28,453 nucleotides of DNA, taken from contig JANQGL010000067.1 in assembly GCA_028277325.1 (NCBI GenBank), positions 1-28,453 of the forward strand, given 5' to 3'. How positions within the stretch are numbered: position 1 is the stretch's first letter; every line of letters starts with the position of its first letter. Origin of the DNA: Magnetospira sp. GTDB lineage: Bacteria; Pseudomonadota; Alphaproteobacteria; Rhodospirillales; Magnetospiraceae. A program made the translations under genes and the position numbers. This document shows, piece after piece, positions 1 to 8,015 of this stretch. The notes beneath the pieces were generated by a model that saw only the letters and a program-made list of their open reading frames with translations, was not told where the DNA came from and did not search any database.

Positions 1-1
1 C

Positions 2-130
2 GGCAATCTTGCTGGTGTCGCTCGGTTTTGTCGCGCCACCGTCACGTGGTACCTGTCCAACCGCGACTGGTGGCAAAGGATCCTCGACGGCCGCTACGCC
101 GGTGAGCGGCTCGGTATCGCCAGGTCCTGA
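2..130 (+). CDS. rfbB: 3' end of dTDP-glucose 4,6-dehydratase (partial, runs off the window edge)
   Basis: Frame 2 from nt 32 reads RATVTWYLSNRDWWQRILDGRYAGERLGIARS*, the typical RfbB C-terminus (TVxWYLxNxxWW...YxGERLG), directly upstream of rfbD-rfbA. Nt 1-31 are open in this frame but do not resemble RfbB. Confidence 0.8.
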   Translation, partial: GNLAGVARFCRATVTWYLSNRDWWQRILDGRYAGERLGIARS

Positions 131-145
131 CCCGGGAGCGGTGAC

Positions 146-1039
146 ATGCATGCTCTGATCTTCGGACGCGTCGGGCAGGTGGGCCGCGAACTGCGACGCC
201 GTCCCTGGTCCGCCGAGACACGCCTGACCGTGGTCGATCGGGAGGAGGCCGACCTGTCCCGGGCCGGGGCGGCGGACCGCGCGGTGCGCGACGCGGCGCC
301 GGACCTGGTGATCAACGCCACCGCCTACACGGCGGTCGACAAGGCGGAGGAGGAAGAGGATCTGGCGCGGGCGGTCAACGCCGACGGACCGGCCGAGATG
401 GCCCGCGCCTGCGCCGGTCTGGGCATTCCGCTGTTTCACGTTTCGACCGACTACGTGTTCGACGGCAGCAGGAGCGGCGCCTACGCGGAAACCGATCCGG
501 TGGCGCCGCTCGGGGCCTACGGGCGGACCAAGGAGGACGGCGAGCGGCGGGTGCGCGCGGTGCTGGCGCACCATGTCATCCTGCGCACCGCCTGGGTCTA
601 CGCGGCGCACGGCCACAACTTCGTGCGCACCATGCTGCGCGTCGGCGCCGGGCGGGACCACCTGCGGGTGGTCGACGATCAGCACGGCTGCCCCACCTGG
701 GCCGGCGCCATCGCCGAGGCGTTGCAGGGCCTCGCGGAACGCTATGCCGAAACCGGTGCCCTCCCCTGGGGCACCTACCACTTCGCCGGCCGGGGGCGGA
801 CCACCTGGCACGGGTTCGCGTGCGCCATTTTCGACCAGGCGGCCGCCACGTGGGGCCGCACGCCGGAGGTGGCGGCGATCCCGTCCAGCGAATACCCGCT
901 GCCCGCCGCCCGCCCGGCCAACTCGGTGCTCGACTGCGCCCTGTTCGACCGGACCTTCGGGCTGCCGCGGCGCGACTGGCGGGACGATCTGAGGGGCGTG
1001 GTCGGCGCGCTGTTGGAACAGGAGGAAACCGCGCGATGA
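146..1039 (+). CDS. rfbD: dTDP-4-dehydrorhamnose reductase
   Basis: GxxGQVG dinucleotide-binding start, [29 protein letters not shown] (YxxxK), [17 protein letters not shown]; position in the rfb cluster. Confidence 0.97.
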   Translation: MHALIFGRVGQVGRELRRRPWSAETRLTVVDREEADLSRAGAADRAVRDAAPDLVINATAYTAVDKAEEEEDLARAVNADGPAEMARACAGLGIPLFHVSTDYVFDGSRSGAYAETDPVAPLGAYGRTKEDGERRVRAVLAHHVILRTAWVYAAHGHNFVRTMLRVGAGRDHLRVVDDQHGCPTWAGAIAEALQGLAERYAETGALPWGTYHFAGRGRTTWHGFACAIFDQAAATWGRTPEVAAIPSSEYPLPAARPANSVLDCALFDRTFGLPRRDWRDDLRGVVGALLEQEETAR

Positions 1040-1902
1040 AAGGCATCATCCTGGCCGGCGGGTCCGGAACCCGGCTCTATCCGCTGACCATGGCGGTCAG
1101 CAAGCAGCTCATGCCGGTCTACGACAAGCCGATGATCTACTATCCGCTGAGCGTGCTGATGCTGGCCGGGATCCGCGACATCCTGATCGTCACCACCCCG
1201 GAGGACCAGGCGGCGTTCGGCAAGCTGCTGGGCGACGGGTCGCAGTGGGGGCTCGATCTGTCCTACGCCGTGCAGCCGAAGCCGGAAGGGCTGGCCCAGG
1301 CGTTCCACATCGGGCGCGACTTCGTCGGCGGCGACAACGTCGCCCTGGTGCTCGGCGACAACCTGTTTTTCGGTCACGGCATGACGGCGCTGCTGGAGAC
1401 GGCGGCGGCACGGACCACCGGGGCCACCGTGTTCGCCTACTGGGTGCGTGATCCGGAGCGCTACGGCGTGGGGGCGTTCGGCGGCGACGGCATGGCGCGA
1501 TCGATCGAGGAGAAACCGAAGGCGCCGAAATCCAGCTGGGCGGTCACCGGGCTGTATTTCTACGACAACGACGTGATCGACATCGCGGCCGGCCTCACGC
1601 CGTCGGCGCGCGGCGAGCTGGAGATCACCGACGTCAATGCCGCCTACCTGGCGCGCGGCGACCTGCATGTGGAGAAGATGGGGCGCGGCTACGCCTGGCT
1701 GGACACCGGCACCCACGATTCCCTGCTGGAGGCGGCCGAATTCGTCCGCACCATCGAGAGCCGGCAGGGCCAGATGATCGCCTGTCCGGAGGAGATCGCC
1801 TATTACAAGCGCTTCGTCGGCAAGGATCACATCCGCGCCCTGATCCCGCCCCTCGCCAAGACCGGTTACGGCGACTACCTGAAACGCTTGATCGACGACT
1901 GA
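1036..1902 (+). CDS. rfbA: Glucose-1-phosphate thymidylyltransferase
   Basis: [18 protein letters not shown]...[53 protein letters not shown]. Start set at ATG 1036 (ATGA overlap with the rfbD stop) rather than the track's 820. Confidence 0.98.
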   Translation: MKGIILAGGSGTRLYPLTMAVSKQLMPVYDKPMIYYPLSVLMLAGIRDILIVTTPEDQAAFGKLLGDGSQWGLDLSYAVQPKPEGLAQAFHIGRDFVGGDNVALVLGDNLFFGHGMTALLETAAARTTGATVFAYWVRDPERYGVGAFGGDGMARSIEEKPKAPKSSWAVTGLYFYDNDVIDIAAGLTPSARGELEITDVNAAYLARGDLHVEKMGRGYAWLDTGTHDSLLEAAEFVRTIESRQGQMIACPEEIAYYKRFVGKDHIRALIPPLAKTGYGDYLKRLIDD

Positions 1903-1927
1903 CCGTCAGCTTGCGAAAGCCGGCCCG

Positions 1928-2578
1928 ATGCCGCGCGTGAAGAAGTCCTATACCGTGCCCTGCGCTTCGGCGTTCCGCGACGCCGCCCTGGCCCTGGCCG
2001 AGCGGCGCGGCGTCAACGTGGGCGACCTGGCCCGCTCGGTGCTGCTGGCGGTGCCGGAGGACATGGTGCGCGCCTATCCCGATCCCGGCGGGCCGCCGCC
2101 CGGCGACCGCGAGACGGTGACCCTGAAGTCCGGACCGTCGCAGGGCCGCCCCTGGCGCCGCAAGCCGCGCCTCCAGGTGCGGATGGCGGACGGCTGCGAG
2201 GTGACCCTGCTGCGGCGCGCCCTGGCCATCGCGCTGGCGATGGACGCCGGCCGGGTGGCGGTGCGTCTGGAGGGCGAGGGGGCGGCGGCGCCGCGCCCCA
2301 GCGGGCCGCCGCCGGAGGTCCTGGAGGAGATCGAGCGGCTGCGGGCGATGATCGCGGTGCTTGTCTTCGATCCCTTGCCGGACGGCGTGCAGAGCCGCGC
2401 CGGGGCCCTGCACGTGCTCGGGTTCCCGCCCAACGCGCGCCCCGACCGCCGCGAACTGAACGCCCGCTTCCGCATGATGGCGACCATCCATCACCCGGAC
2501 GGCGCCTACGGGAGCCACGAGCGGATGGCGCAGGTCAACGAGGCGATGGACTACCTGCGGCGCTATCTCTCAACGTGA
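1928..2578 (+). CDS. C-terminal J-domain protein with an uncharacterised N-terminal region
   Basis: C-terminus ALHVLGFPP...ELNARFRMMATIHHPDGAYGSHERMAQVNEAMDYL has J-domain helix spacing and the HPD motif. The N-terminus (beta-strand then two helices) is ribbon-helix-helix-like by pattern only. Confidence 0.75.
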   Translation: MPRVKKSYTVPCASAFRDAALALAERRGVNVGDLARSVLLAVPEDMVRAYPDPGGPPPGDRETVTLKSGPSQGRPWRRKPRLQVRMADGCEVTLLRRALAIALAMDAGRVAVRLEGEGAAAPRPSGPPPEVLEEIERLRAMIAVLVFDPLPDGVQSRAGALHVLGFPPNARPDRRELNARFRMMATIHHPDGAYGSHERMAQVNEAMDYLRRYLST

Positions 2579-3286
2579 GGGGCCGGCGGTGTCGTCGAAC
2601 GCCGAGAGGATCTCCTCCCGGATGTCGCGCGGCACCCCTTGCGCCTCCAGGGCGCGGCGGAGGTCCGCCTTGCGCAGGGTGGTCTCGGCGCCCAGGCGCC
2701 GCGCCTGCTCCACCGTGAGGTTGCGGATCTCCAGCAGGTCCCGGTAGGTCATTTCGATCTTCTTGCGCGAGCCGGGCGCCGCCGCCGCCCGCTGTTGGGC
2801 GGCGACCCCAAGGGCGTCGAGGCGGGCTTCCGCGACCTGCCGGCACCGGCTGGCCCAGGCCAGTTCCAGGCGTTGCTGCTCGATGCTGCGCTTGTAGTCC
2901 ACGGCCTGCCGCTCGAACGCCGCCATGTTGTCGTCCAGCATGCGGCGGGTGCGGGCCGGAGAATAGCCCAACTCGCGCGCCCGCTGCAGGACCAGGGCCC
3001 GGTACTGGCCGCGTCCCGACCGGTTCTCGGTCAGGAACTGCTGCGAGGTCCGCAGGTTGCCCTCCCCCGCCTTGATGAACCCGACCATGTCGTAATAGGC
3101 GTCCAGCCAGAACGACCGCGGCGCGATCAGGGCGGCAAGGCGGTCGTAGGGATCGTAGGGATTGCAGGCGCCGTCCAGGTTGGCGGAGAACGAATCGGTC
3201 GGCGGCTTCGGACCGCAGGCGGCGGCCAGCAAGGGCAGGGCCAGCAGGGCGAACGGCCGCCAGCGGCGGCGCCTCGGGTCGTTCAT
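2570..3286 (-). CDS. Hypothetical lipoprotein, helical/coiled-coil rich
   Basis: From ATG 3286: basic N-region MNDPRRRRWR, hydrophobic FALLALPLL, lipobox LAAA-C. AAGAG-like RBS upstream. The track's longer start at 3520 lacks a signal-peptide pattern. Confidence 0.7.
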   Translation of the reverse strand: MNDPRRRRWRPFALLALPLLAAACGPKPPTDSFSANLDGACNPYDPYDRLAALIAPRSFWLDAYYDMVGFIKAGEGNLRTSQQFLTENRSGRGQYRALVLQRARELGYSPARTRRMLDDNMAAFERQAVDYKRSIEQQRLELAWASRCRQVAEARLDALGVAAQQRAAAAPGSRKKIEMTYRDLLEIRNLTVEQARRLGAETTLRKADLRRALEAQGVPRDIREEILSAFDDTAGPSR

Positions 3287-3458
3287 CGGTCTCTTGTAGC
3301 GCCGGCGCATCGTGAAGGGAAGCGACGGAACGCTCCGCCAAGGCCGGGATGAATGATGGGAGAGGAAACCGGGATACAATGGGAGGCGATGGACACGCGT
3401 GGTGGTTGATGGCATATACTGGGATGGCATGGTAATCTCTGGCAAGCGTGGGCACAAG

Positions 3459-3659
3459 ATGACCAAGCTCATCAAATCCGGGACTTTCGTTGTCGGTCGC
3501 TTCGGGCACGGCCTGGACAAGGGTGTGGTGCGCCATGTCCTGCTTCCGGATGGCCGGATCGCGCATGTCCTGAGCGGACGGGTGTATCGGAAGGCGACGA
3601 AAAAAGCCGGCGCGCGTCTGAGCGCGGCCTTTCGCAGGCTTGAGGATACGGCTGCGTGA
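3459..3659 (+). CDS. Small basic hypothetical protein (about 66 aa)
   Basis: ORF MTKLIKSGTFVVGRFG...RRLEDTAA; its TGA overlaps the GTG of the next ORF (GTGA, 3656-3659), suggesting translational coupling. Start uncertain (3399, 3429 or 3459). Confidence 0.5.
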   Translation: MTKLIKSGTFVVGRFGHGLDKGVVRHVLLPDGRIAHVLSGRVYRKATKKAGARLSAAFRRLEDTAA

Positions 3660-4105
3660 TGCCGGGGGACGTTTGGTCCTATAACCCCTTATACGAAATC
3701 CTTGTCGACGATCCCGAAAATACGCAGGAAGCGCTCCAGGGTGTGATCGCCTATGGGCTGTACAAACACGCGAAACGTGAGTGGGTGTCCTCTTTCTATG
3801 AGAGACACAGCCGTGGTCCCGAAGACGAGGAACTCGCCACCTATGTCCGGACATGGACGCCATCCCGAATCGAGGGATTGAGGTCCGAGGCACGAAACAT
3901 TCTGGCCGAGTACGCCGGCGAGGTGCTTCGGGAGGCGGAACCCGCAATCATCAGGAACGCCCTTCGCGGCCAGTTCTGGCGCGGCGTCTGGCCTTCGATG
4001 GTCGCCACCCTGCTGTATTCCGTCACACTGGTCGTGCTTTACATTGTCCTGTCGAACCTCGGGGTCGATGTGTTGACCGTTTTTGGCGAACGCGCGACGC
4101 CGTGA
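3656..4105 (+). CDS. Hypothetical protein with a C-terminal transmembrane helix
   Basis: 149-aa ORF, lower GC than the flanking genes. Soluble helical N-region (YNPLYEILV...GVIAYGLYKHAKREW) and hydrophobic MVATLLYSVTLVVLYIVLSNLGV near the C-terminus. Confidence 0.7.
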   Translation: MMPGDVWSYNPLYEILVDDPENTQEALQGVIAYGLYKHAKREWVSSFYERHSRGPEDEELATYVRTWTPSRIEGLRSEARNILAEYAGEVLREAEPAIIRNALRGQFWRGVWPSMVATLLYSVTLVVLYIVLSNLGVDVLTVFGERATP

Positions 4106-4212
4106 GTCCGATGCATCGAGTCGCGGTCGGGGTGCGGAAACCGGCGTCCTCGTCTTGGCTCGGCCGTTTCTATATGCTTGAAAAGGAAGCGAACGATTCT
4201 AGTGCACCGACT

Positions 4213-4238
4213 CCGACAAAAGGTGCACCTTTTGTCGG
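4213..4238. repeat. Perfect 26-bp palindrome CCGACAAAAGGTGCACCTTTTGTCGG
   Basis: Read directly: the sequence equals its own reverse complement. As RNA it would form an 11-bp stem with a TGCA loop. Confidence 0.95.
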
Positions 4239-4538
4239 CCCGGCGCTCTAGCCAAGCATTTGTTTGTGCAGCGATTCACCAAACGAATGCCGACCTTCTC
4301 CCGAATCTTTCGCTTGGATCGCTGCACTAGGCGCCTCCAGAAATGCGGCCGTGCCGTCGAGTCTGGTTGCCGGCCGGCGGCACACGGAGTATATTTCCCA
4401 TCACGTTCCGCACTTTCAATTAACGCGAATAGCCGGGTCTGGCATATCGCCAAAAAAACACAAAATGGACTGTAAAATTGTCCGGACGACGCTTCAACCG
4501 CTTGGGACGAGGACACCATGATTCAGACAGGGACTGAA

Positions 4539-6359
4539 ATGACCAAGAACGCCAAGCTGCTGGCTTGGGTGGAGGAAATGGCGGCGTTGTGCAAGCCCGA
4601 CGCCGTTCGTTGGTGTGATGGCTCACAGGAGGAATACGACGAGCTCTGCCAGTTGCTGGTGGACGGCGGCACCTTCATCCGGCTGAACCCGGAGAAGCAG
4701 CCGAACAGCTATCTGGCCCGGTCGCATCCGTCGGACGTGGCCCGGGTCGAGGAGCGGACCTACATCTGCTCGGAGAACGAAGGGGACGCGGGGCCGACCA
4801 ACAACTGGATGGCGCCGGCGGAAATGCGGGCGATTCTGAACGAGCGCTTCGACGGTTGCATGAAGGGACGGACCATGTACGTGATCCCGTTCTCCATGGG
4901 GCCGCTGGGGTCGCCGATCGCCCATATCGGCATCGAGATCACCGACTCCGCCTATGTGGTGGTGAACCAGCGCATCATGACCCGCATGGGCAAGGCGGTG
5001 CTGGACGTGCTCGGCGAGGACGGCGAGTACGTGCCCTGCATCCACTCGGTGGGGGCGCCCCTGGAGCCCGGCCAGGCCGACGTGTCGTGGCCCTGCGAGG
5101 GGGACATTTCCAACAAGTACATCGTGCACTATCCGGAAACCCGCGAGATCTGGTCCTACGGATCGGGCTACGGCGGCAACGCGCTTCTGGGCAAGAAGTG
5201 CCTGGCGCTGCGCATCGCCTCGACCATGGCCCGGGACGAGGGCTGGCTGGCCGAGCACATGCTGATCCTGGGGCTTGAGAGCCCGGAGGGCGAGAAGACC
5301 TACCTGGCGGCGGCCTTCCCGTCGGCCTGCGGCAAGACCAATCTGGCGATGATCGTGCCGCCGGAGGGCTTCGAGGGCTGGAAGGCGTGGACGGTGGGCG
5401 ACGACATCGCCTGGATCAAGCCGGGTCCGGACGGCACCCTGCGGGCGATCAACCCGGAATACGGCTTCTTCGGCGTCGCGCCGGGCACGGCTTACACTTC
5501 CAATCCGATGGCCATGGAAACCCTGAAGAAGGGCAACTGCATCTACACCAACGTGGTGCTGACCGACGACGGCGACGTGTGGTGGGAAGGCATGGACGGG
5601 GATCCGCCGGCGCACGGCATCGACTGGAAGGGCAACGACTGGACGCCGGCCTCGGAGACCGCGGGGGCGCACCCGAACAGCCGGTTCACGGCGCCGGCCG
5701 GGCAGTGCCCGACCATCGACCCGGCGTGGGAGGACCCGGCGGGGGTGCCGATCTCGGCGTTCCTGTTCGGCGGCCGCCTGTCGACGACCTTCCCGCTGGT
5801 CTACGAGTCGTTCGACTGGAACCACGGGGTGTTCATGGCGGCGACCATGGGCTCCGAGGCCACCGCGGCGGCGATCGGCCAGGCGGCGATCCGCCGCGAT
5901 CCGATGGCCATGCTGCCGTTCATGGGCTACCACATGGGGAGCTACTGGGCGCACTGGATCGCGATGGGCCAGAAAGACCTGGAGCTGCCGAAGATCTTCC
6001 GCACCAACTGGTTCCGCAAGGACGCCAACGGCAAGTTCATCTGGCCGGGATTCGGCGAGAACATGCGGGTGCTGAAGTGGGTGGTGGACCGTGTGCGCGG
6101 CCGGGCGGACGCGGTGGAGAGCCCGTTCGGTCTGATGCCGAAGCACGAGGACATCACCTGGACCGGTCTGAACTTCACCCGCGAGCAGTTCCTGTCGATC
6201 ACCGACATCAACAAGGACGGCGCGCTGGCCGAGGTCGAGGAGATCAAGGCCCACTTCGCCAAGTTCGGCGACCGCCTGCCGCCGGAACTGGAGGCCGAGC
6301 GCCAGAGGTTCGCCGACCGGGTGAGCCAGGCGCCCGACGTCTGGAGCCTGAGCGCCTGA
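4539..6359 (+). CDS. pckG: Phosphoenolpyruvate carboxykinase, GTP-dependent
   Basis: [104 protein letters not shown]. Start ATG 4539 or 4518. Confidence 0.97.
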   Translation: MTKNAKLLAWVEEMAALCKPDAVRWCDGSQEEYDELCQLLVDGGTFIRLNPEKQPNSYLARSHPSDVARVEERTYICSENEGDAGPTNNWMAPAEMRAILNERFDGCMKGRTMYVIPFSMGPLGSPIAHIGIEITDSAYVVVNQRIMTRMGKAVLDVLGEDGEYVPCIHSVGAPLEPGQADVSWPCEGDISNKYIVHYPETREIWSYGSGYGGNALLGKKCLALRIASTMARDEGWLAEHMLILGLESPEGEKTYLAAAFPSACGKTNLAMIVPPEGFEGWKAWTVGDDIAWIKPGPDGTLRAINPEYGFFGVAPGTAYTSNPMAMETLKKGNCIYTNVVLTDDGDVWWEGMDGDPPAHGIDWKGNDWTPASETAGAHPNSRFTAPAGQCPTIDPAWEDPAGVPISAFLFGGRLSTTFPLVYESFDWNHGVFMAATMGSEATAAAIGQAAIRRDPMAMLPFMGYHMGSYWAHWIAMGQKDLELPKIFRTNWFRKDANGKFIWPGFGENMRVLKWVVDRVRGRADAVESPFGLMPKHEDITWTGLNFTREQFLSITDINKDGALAEVEEIKAHFAKFGDRLPPELEAERQRFADRVSQAPDVWSLSA

Positions 6360-6415
6360 TTTCGCCGTCGAGGGAGGCGGCGCCGCCCGCCTTCCCGATG
6401 CACGGCCCGTGACCA

Positions 6416-6444
6416 CGAACGCCGCCCGCCTCGGGCGGCGTTCG
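6416..6444. terminator. GC-rich hairpin between convergent genes (probable bidirectional terminator)
   Basis: CGAACGCCGCCCG-cct-CGGGCGGCGTTCG, a 13-bp perfect stem; a second weaker stem at 6372-6396. No clear U-tract. Confidence 0.55.
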
Positions 6445-6486
6445 CCGTTGTGGCATCCCGTCAAGCCCAGGGGTGCGCGGAGCGCG

Positions 6487-7116
6487 CTACTGGCTGGCCC
6501 ACACGATGCGGCTGATCCAGTCCACGTCCTCGGTCAGCACCTCGCGGTCCGGGTGCTCCGGATTGAGCGACTTCAGTTCCAGCCGGCGCGCCGTCATGCG
6601 GGCCAGTTCCTTGGCCATCACCTCGCCGTGCCGGGTCTTCACCACCACCCGGTCGCCGCGCCGCACGGCGGCGGCCGGCGACACCAGGATGCGGTCGCCG
6701 TCGCGATACACCGGCGCCATGGAATGGCCGGCGATCTCCAGGGCGTAGCAGGCCGGATCGCCGACCTCCGGGAACGGAATCTCATCCCAGCTGCCGCCCA
6801 CCGGATAGCCGGCGTCGTCGAAGAACCCGGCGTCGCCGGCCTGCGCGAAGCCGATCAGCGGAACGTTGCGGAACACTCCGACCTGACCCGGCTCGCCCAG
6901 GTAGGACACGAACTCGCCGATCGTCGCCCCGGTCGCCGTCAGGATCTTGGCGACGCTCTCGGTGCTCGGCCAGCGCAGCTTGCCATCGCGGGTGGTGCGC
7001 TTGCTCTTGTTGAAGGTGGTCGGATCCAGGCCCGCCTTGCGCGCCAGGCCGGACGCCGAATAGCCGTGTTCCTCGGCCAGGCGGTCGATGGCCCGCCATA
7101 CGTCTGAATGCCGCAT
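6487..7116 (-). CDS. XRE-type HTH plus S24 peptidase repressor (CI/LexA-like; candidate RogA-like)
   Basis: N-terminal HSDVWRAIDRLAEEHGYSASGLARKAGLDPTTFNKSKR...RWPSTESVAKIL. Ala-Gly scissile site (PLIGFAQAG), catalytic Ser (IAGHSMAP) and Lys (GEVMAKEL) all present. Confidence 0.9.
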   Translation of the reverse strand: MRHSDVWRAIDRLAEEHGYSASGLARKAGLDPTTFNKSKRTTRDGKLRWPSTESVAKILTATGATIGEFVSYLGEPGQVGVFRNVPLIGFAQAGDAGFFDDAGYPVGGSWDEIPFPEVGDPACYALEIAGHSMAPVYRDGDRILVSPAAAVRRGDRVVVKTRHGEVMAKELARMTARRLELKSLNPEHPDREVLTEDVDWISRIVWASQ

Positions 7117-7118
7117 AA

Positions 7119-7134
7119 TGGGAACATGTTCTCA
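7119..7134. promoter_or_regulatory. Palindromic operator O1, TGGGAACATGTTCTCA
   Basis: 16-bp inverted repeat with one mismatched pair, 2 nt upstream of the repressor start codon; near-copy at 7240-7255. Confidence 0.75.
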
Positions 7135-7177
7135 CAATCATTCTAGGGTGGCATTAGGAAAATAACGCAAAAAAGGA

Positions 7178-7207
7178 TTGACAAAGGCTATTATACCTAT
7201 TTATGTT
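7178..7207 (+). promoter_or_regulatory. Candidate sigma70 promoter for the 7255 operon
   Basis: TTGACA (7178-7183), 18-nt spacer, TATGTT (7202-7207), in an AT-rich intergenic region. Confidence 0.55.
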
Positions 7208-7238
7208 GGATATGGTTGTGTTTCGTTCTAAAATGCAT

Positions 7239-7256
7239 ATGGGAGCATGTTCCCAT
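7239..7256. promoter_or_regulatory. Palindromic operator O2, ATGGGAGCATGTTCCCAT
   Basis: 18-bp inverted repeat with one mismatched pair; its last two bases are the AT of the ATG at 7255; near-copy of O1. Confidence 0.75.
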
Positions 7257-7617
7257 GCCCACCCGCAAGCTGGGTCCGCGCCCCATTCCCCGCCGCCGTG
7301 CCGTGCCGTTCACGGATGCCGAGGAGGCATGGTTCTGGTTCGTCCAATGCCAGGCCCGCCGCACCGAGGGCGCGCGGCTCGACAACCTGACCGATCGCGA
7401 GCGGCCGTGCGAGCCGGACGACATCTACCGGGCGGTCATGGGGCTGCGCCTGCGCGGCCGCTTGGAAGCGTCGCATCTGCGCGTGCTGGCCCGCTACGGC
7501 CGTGCCGGCCGACCGCCGGATTCACGGGCGCGCGAGGAGGAATGGGCGGCCCGCATGTGGGACGAGGCGGTCGACGCCCTGACCACGCCGCTCAAGACCA
7601 AGGGCATCGTCGGATGA
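7255..7617 (+). CDS. Hypothetical protein (120 aa), first gene of the operon divergent from the repressor
   Basis: MPTRK...PFTDAEEAWFWFVQCQ...RPCEPDDIYRAV...HLRVLARYGR...WDEAVDALTTPLKTKGIVG; stop overlaps the next start (ATGA, 7614-7617). Confidence 0.75.
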   Translation: MPTRKLGPRPIPRRRAVPFTDAEEAWFWFVQCQARRTEGARLDNLTDRERPCEPDDIYRAVMGLRLRGRLEASHLRVLARYGRAGRPPDSRAREEEWAARMWDEAVDALTTPLKTKGIVG

Positions 7618-8015
7618 GGGTGTGGCGGGATGGCGACGCCCTGGTCGGGTTCGTGGACCGGAGCGGCATTCGGTGGTTGCGCTGGCTGCGGCGCGGCTTT
7701 CGGCACTGTTACGTGGTGGTGCGTTGCGGCGACGACTGGGTGCTGGTCGATCCGCTGGTCCAGCAGACGGTGGTGCGCGTCCTGAAGGCGGACCCGGCGG
7801 CCGATCTGGCCGGCTGGCTGCGGTCGCGCGGGCATCGGGTGGTGGTGACCCGGATCGCCCGGGCGCCGCCGCGCCTGGCGCCGATCCGCCCCTACACCTG
7901 CGTCGAGGCGGTGAAGCGGGTGCTCGGTCTGCGGGCCTGGTGGGTCGTCACCCCGTGGCTGCTGCATCGCCACCTCGCCGGGGGCCGGAATTCGATGATG
8001 AAACCGGGTCGGTGA
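7614..8015 (+). CDS. Hypothetical protein (133 aa), candidate permuted papain-like (NlpC/P60-type) hydrolase
   Basis: ATGA-coupled ORF. GFRHCYVVV (His before a beta-strand), VLVDPL, and a downstream PYTCVEAVKRVLG...VTPWLLHRHL helix; His-then-Cys order fits permuted papain-like enzymes. Function is inferred. Confidence 0.65.
   Translation: MRVWRDGDALVGFVDRSGIRWLRWLRRGFRHCYVVVRCGDDWVLVDPLVQQTVVRVLKADPAADLAGWLRSRGHRVVVTRIARAPPRLAPIRPYTCVEAVKRVLGLRAWWVVTPWLLHRHLAGGRNSMMKPGR

Noticed and set aside
4106-4538. Short ORFs in the region upstream of pckG (4199-4519, 4260-4475, 4264-4521)
   Set aside because: No RBS, motif or codon-bias support; treated as non-coding, although a small peptide or sRNA cannot be excluded.
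7184-7211. TTATGTTGGAT resembles the XerD arm of a dif site
   Set aside because: The matching XerC arm position agrees at only about 4/11; the sequence is better explained as the promoter -10 region.
7117-7254. Possible alphaproteobacterial LexA SOS box
   Set aside because: No GTTC-N7-GTTC or GAAC-N7-GAAC direct repeat with correct spacing was found; the sites are palindromes of a different form.
6487-8015. Calling the repressor module a prophage
   Set aside because: No integrase, att repeats, replication, terminase, capsid or tail genes in the window; the flanks are housekeeping genes.
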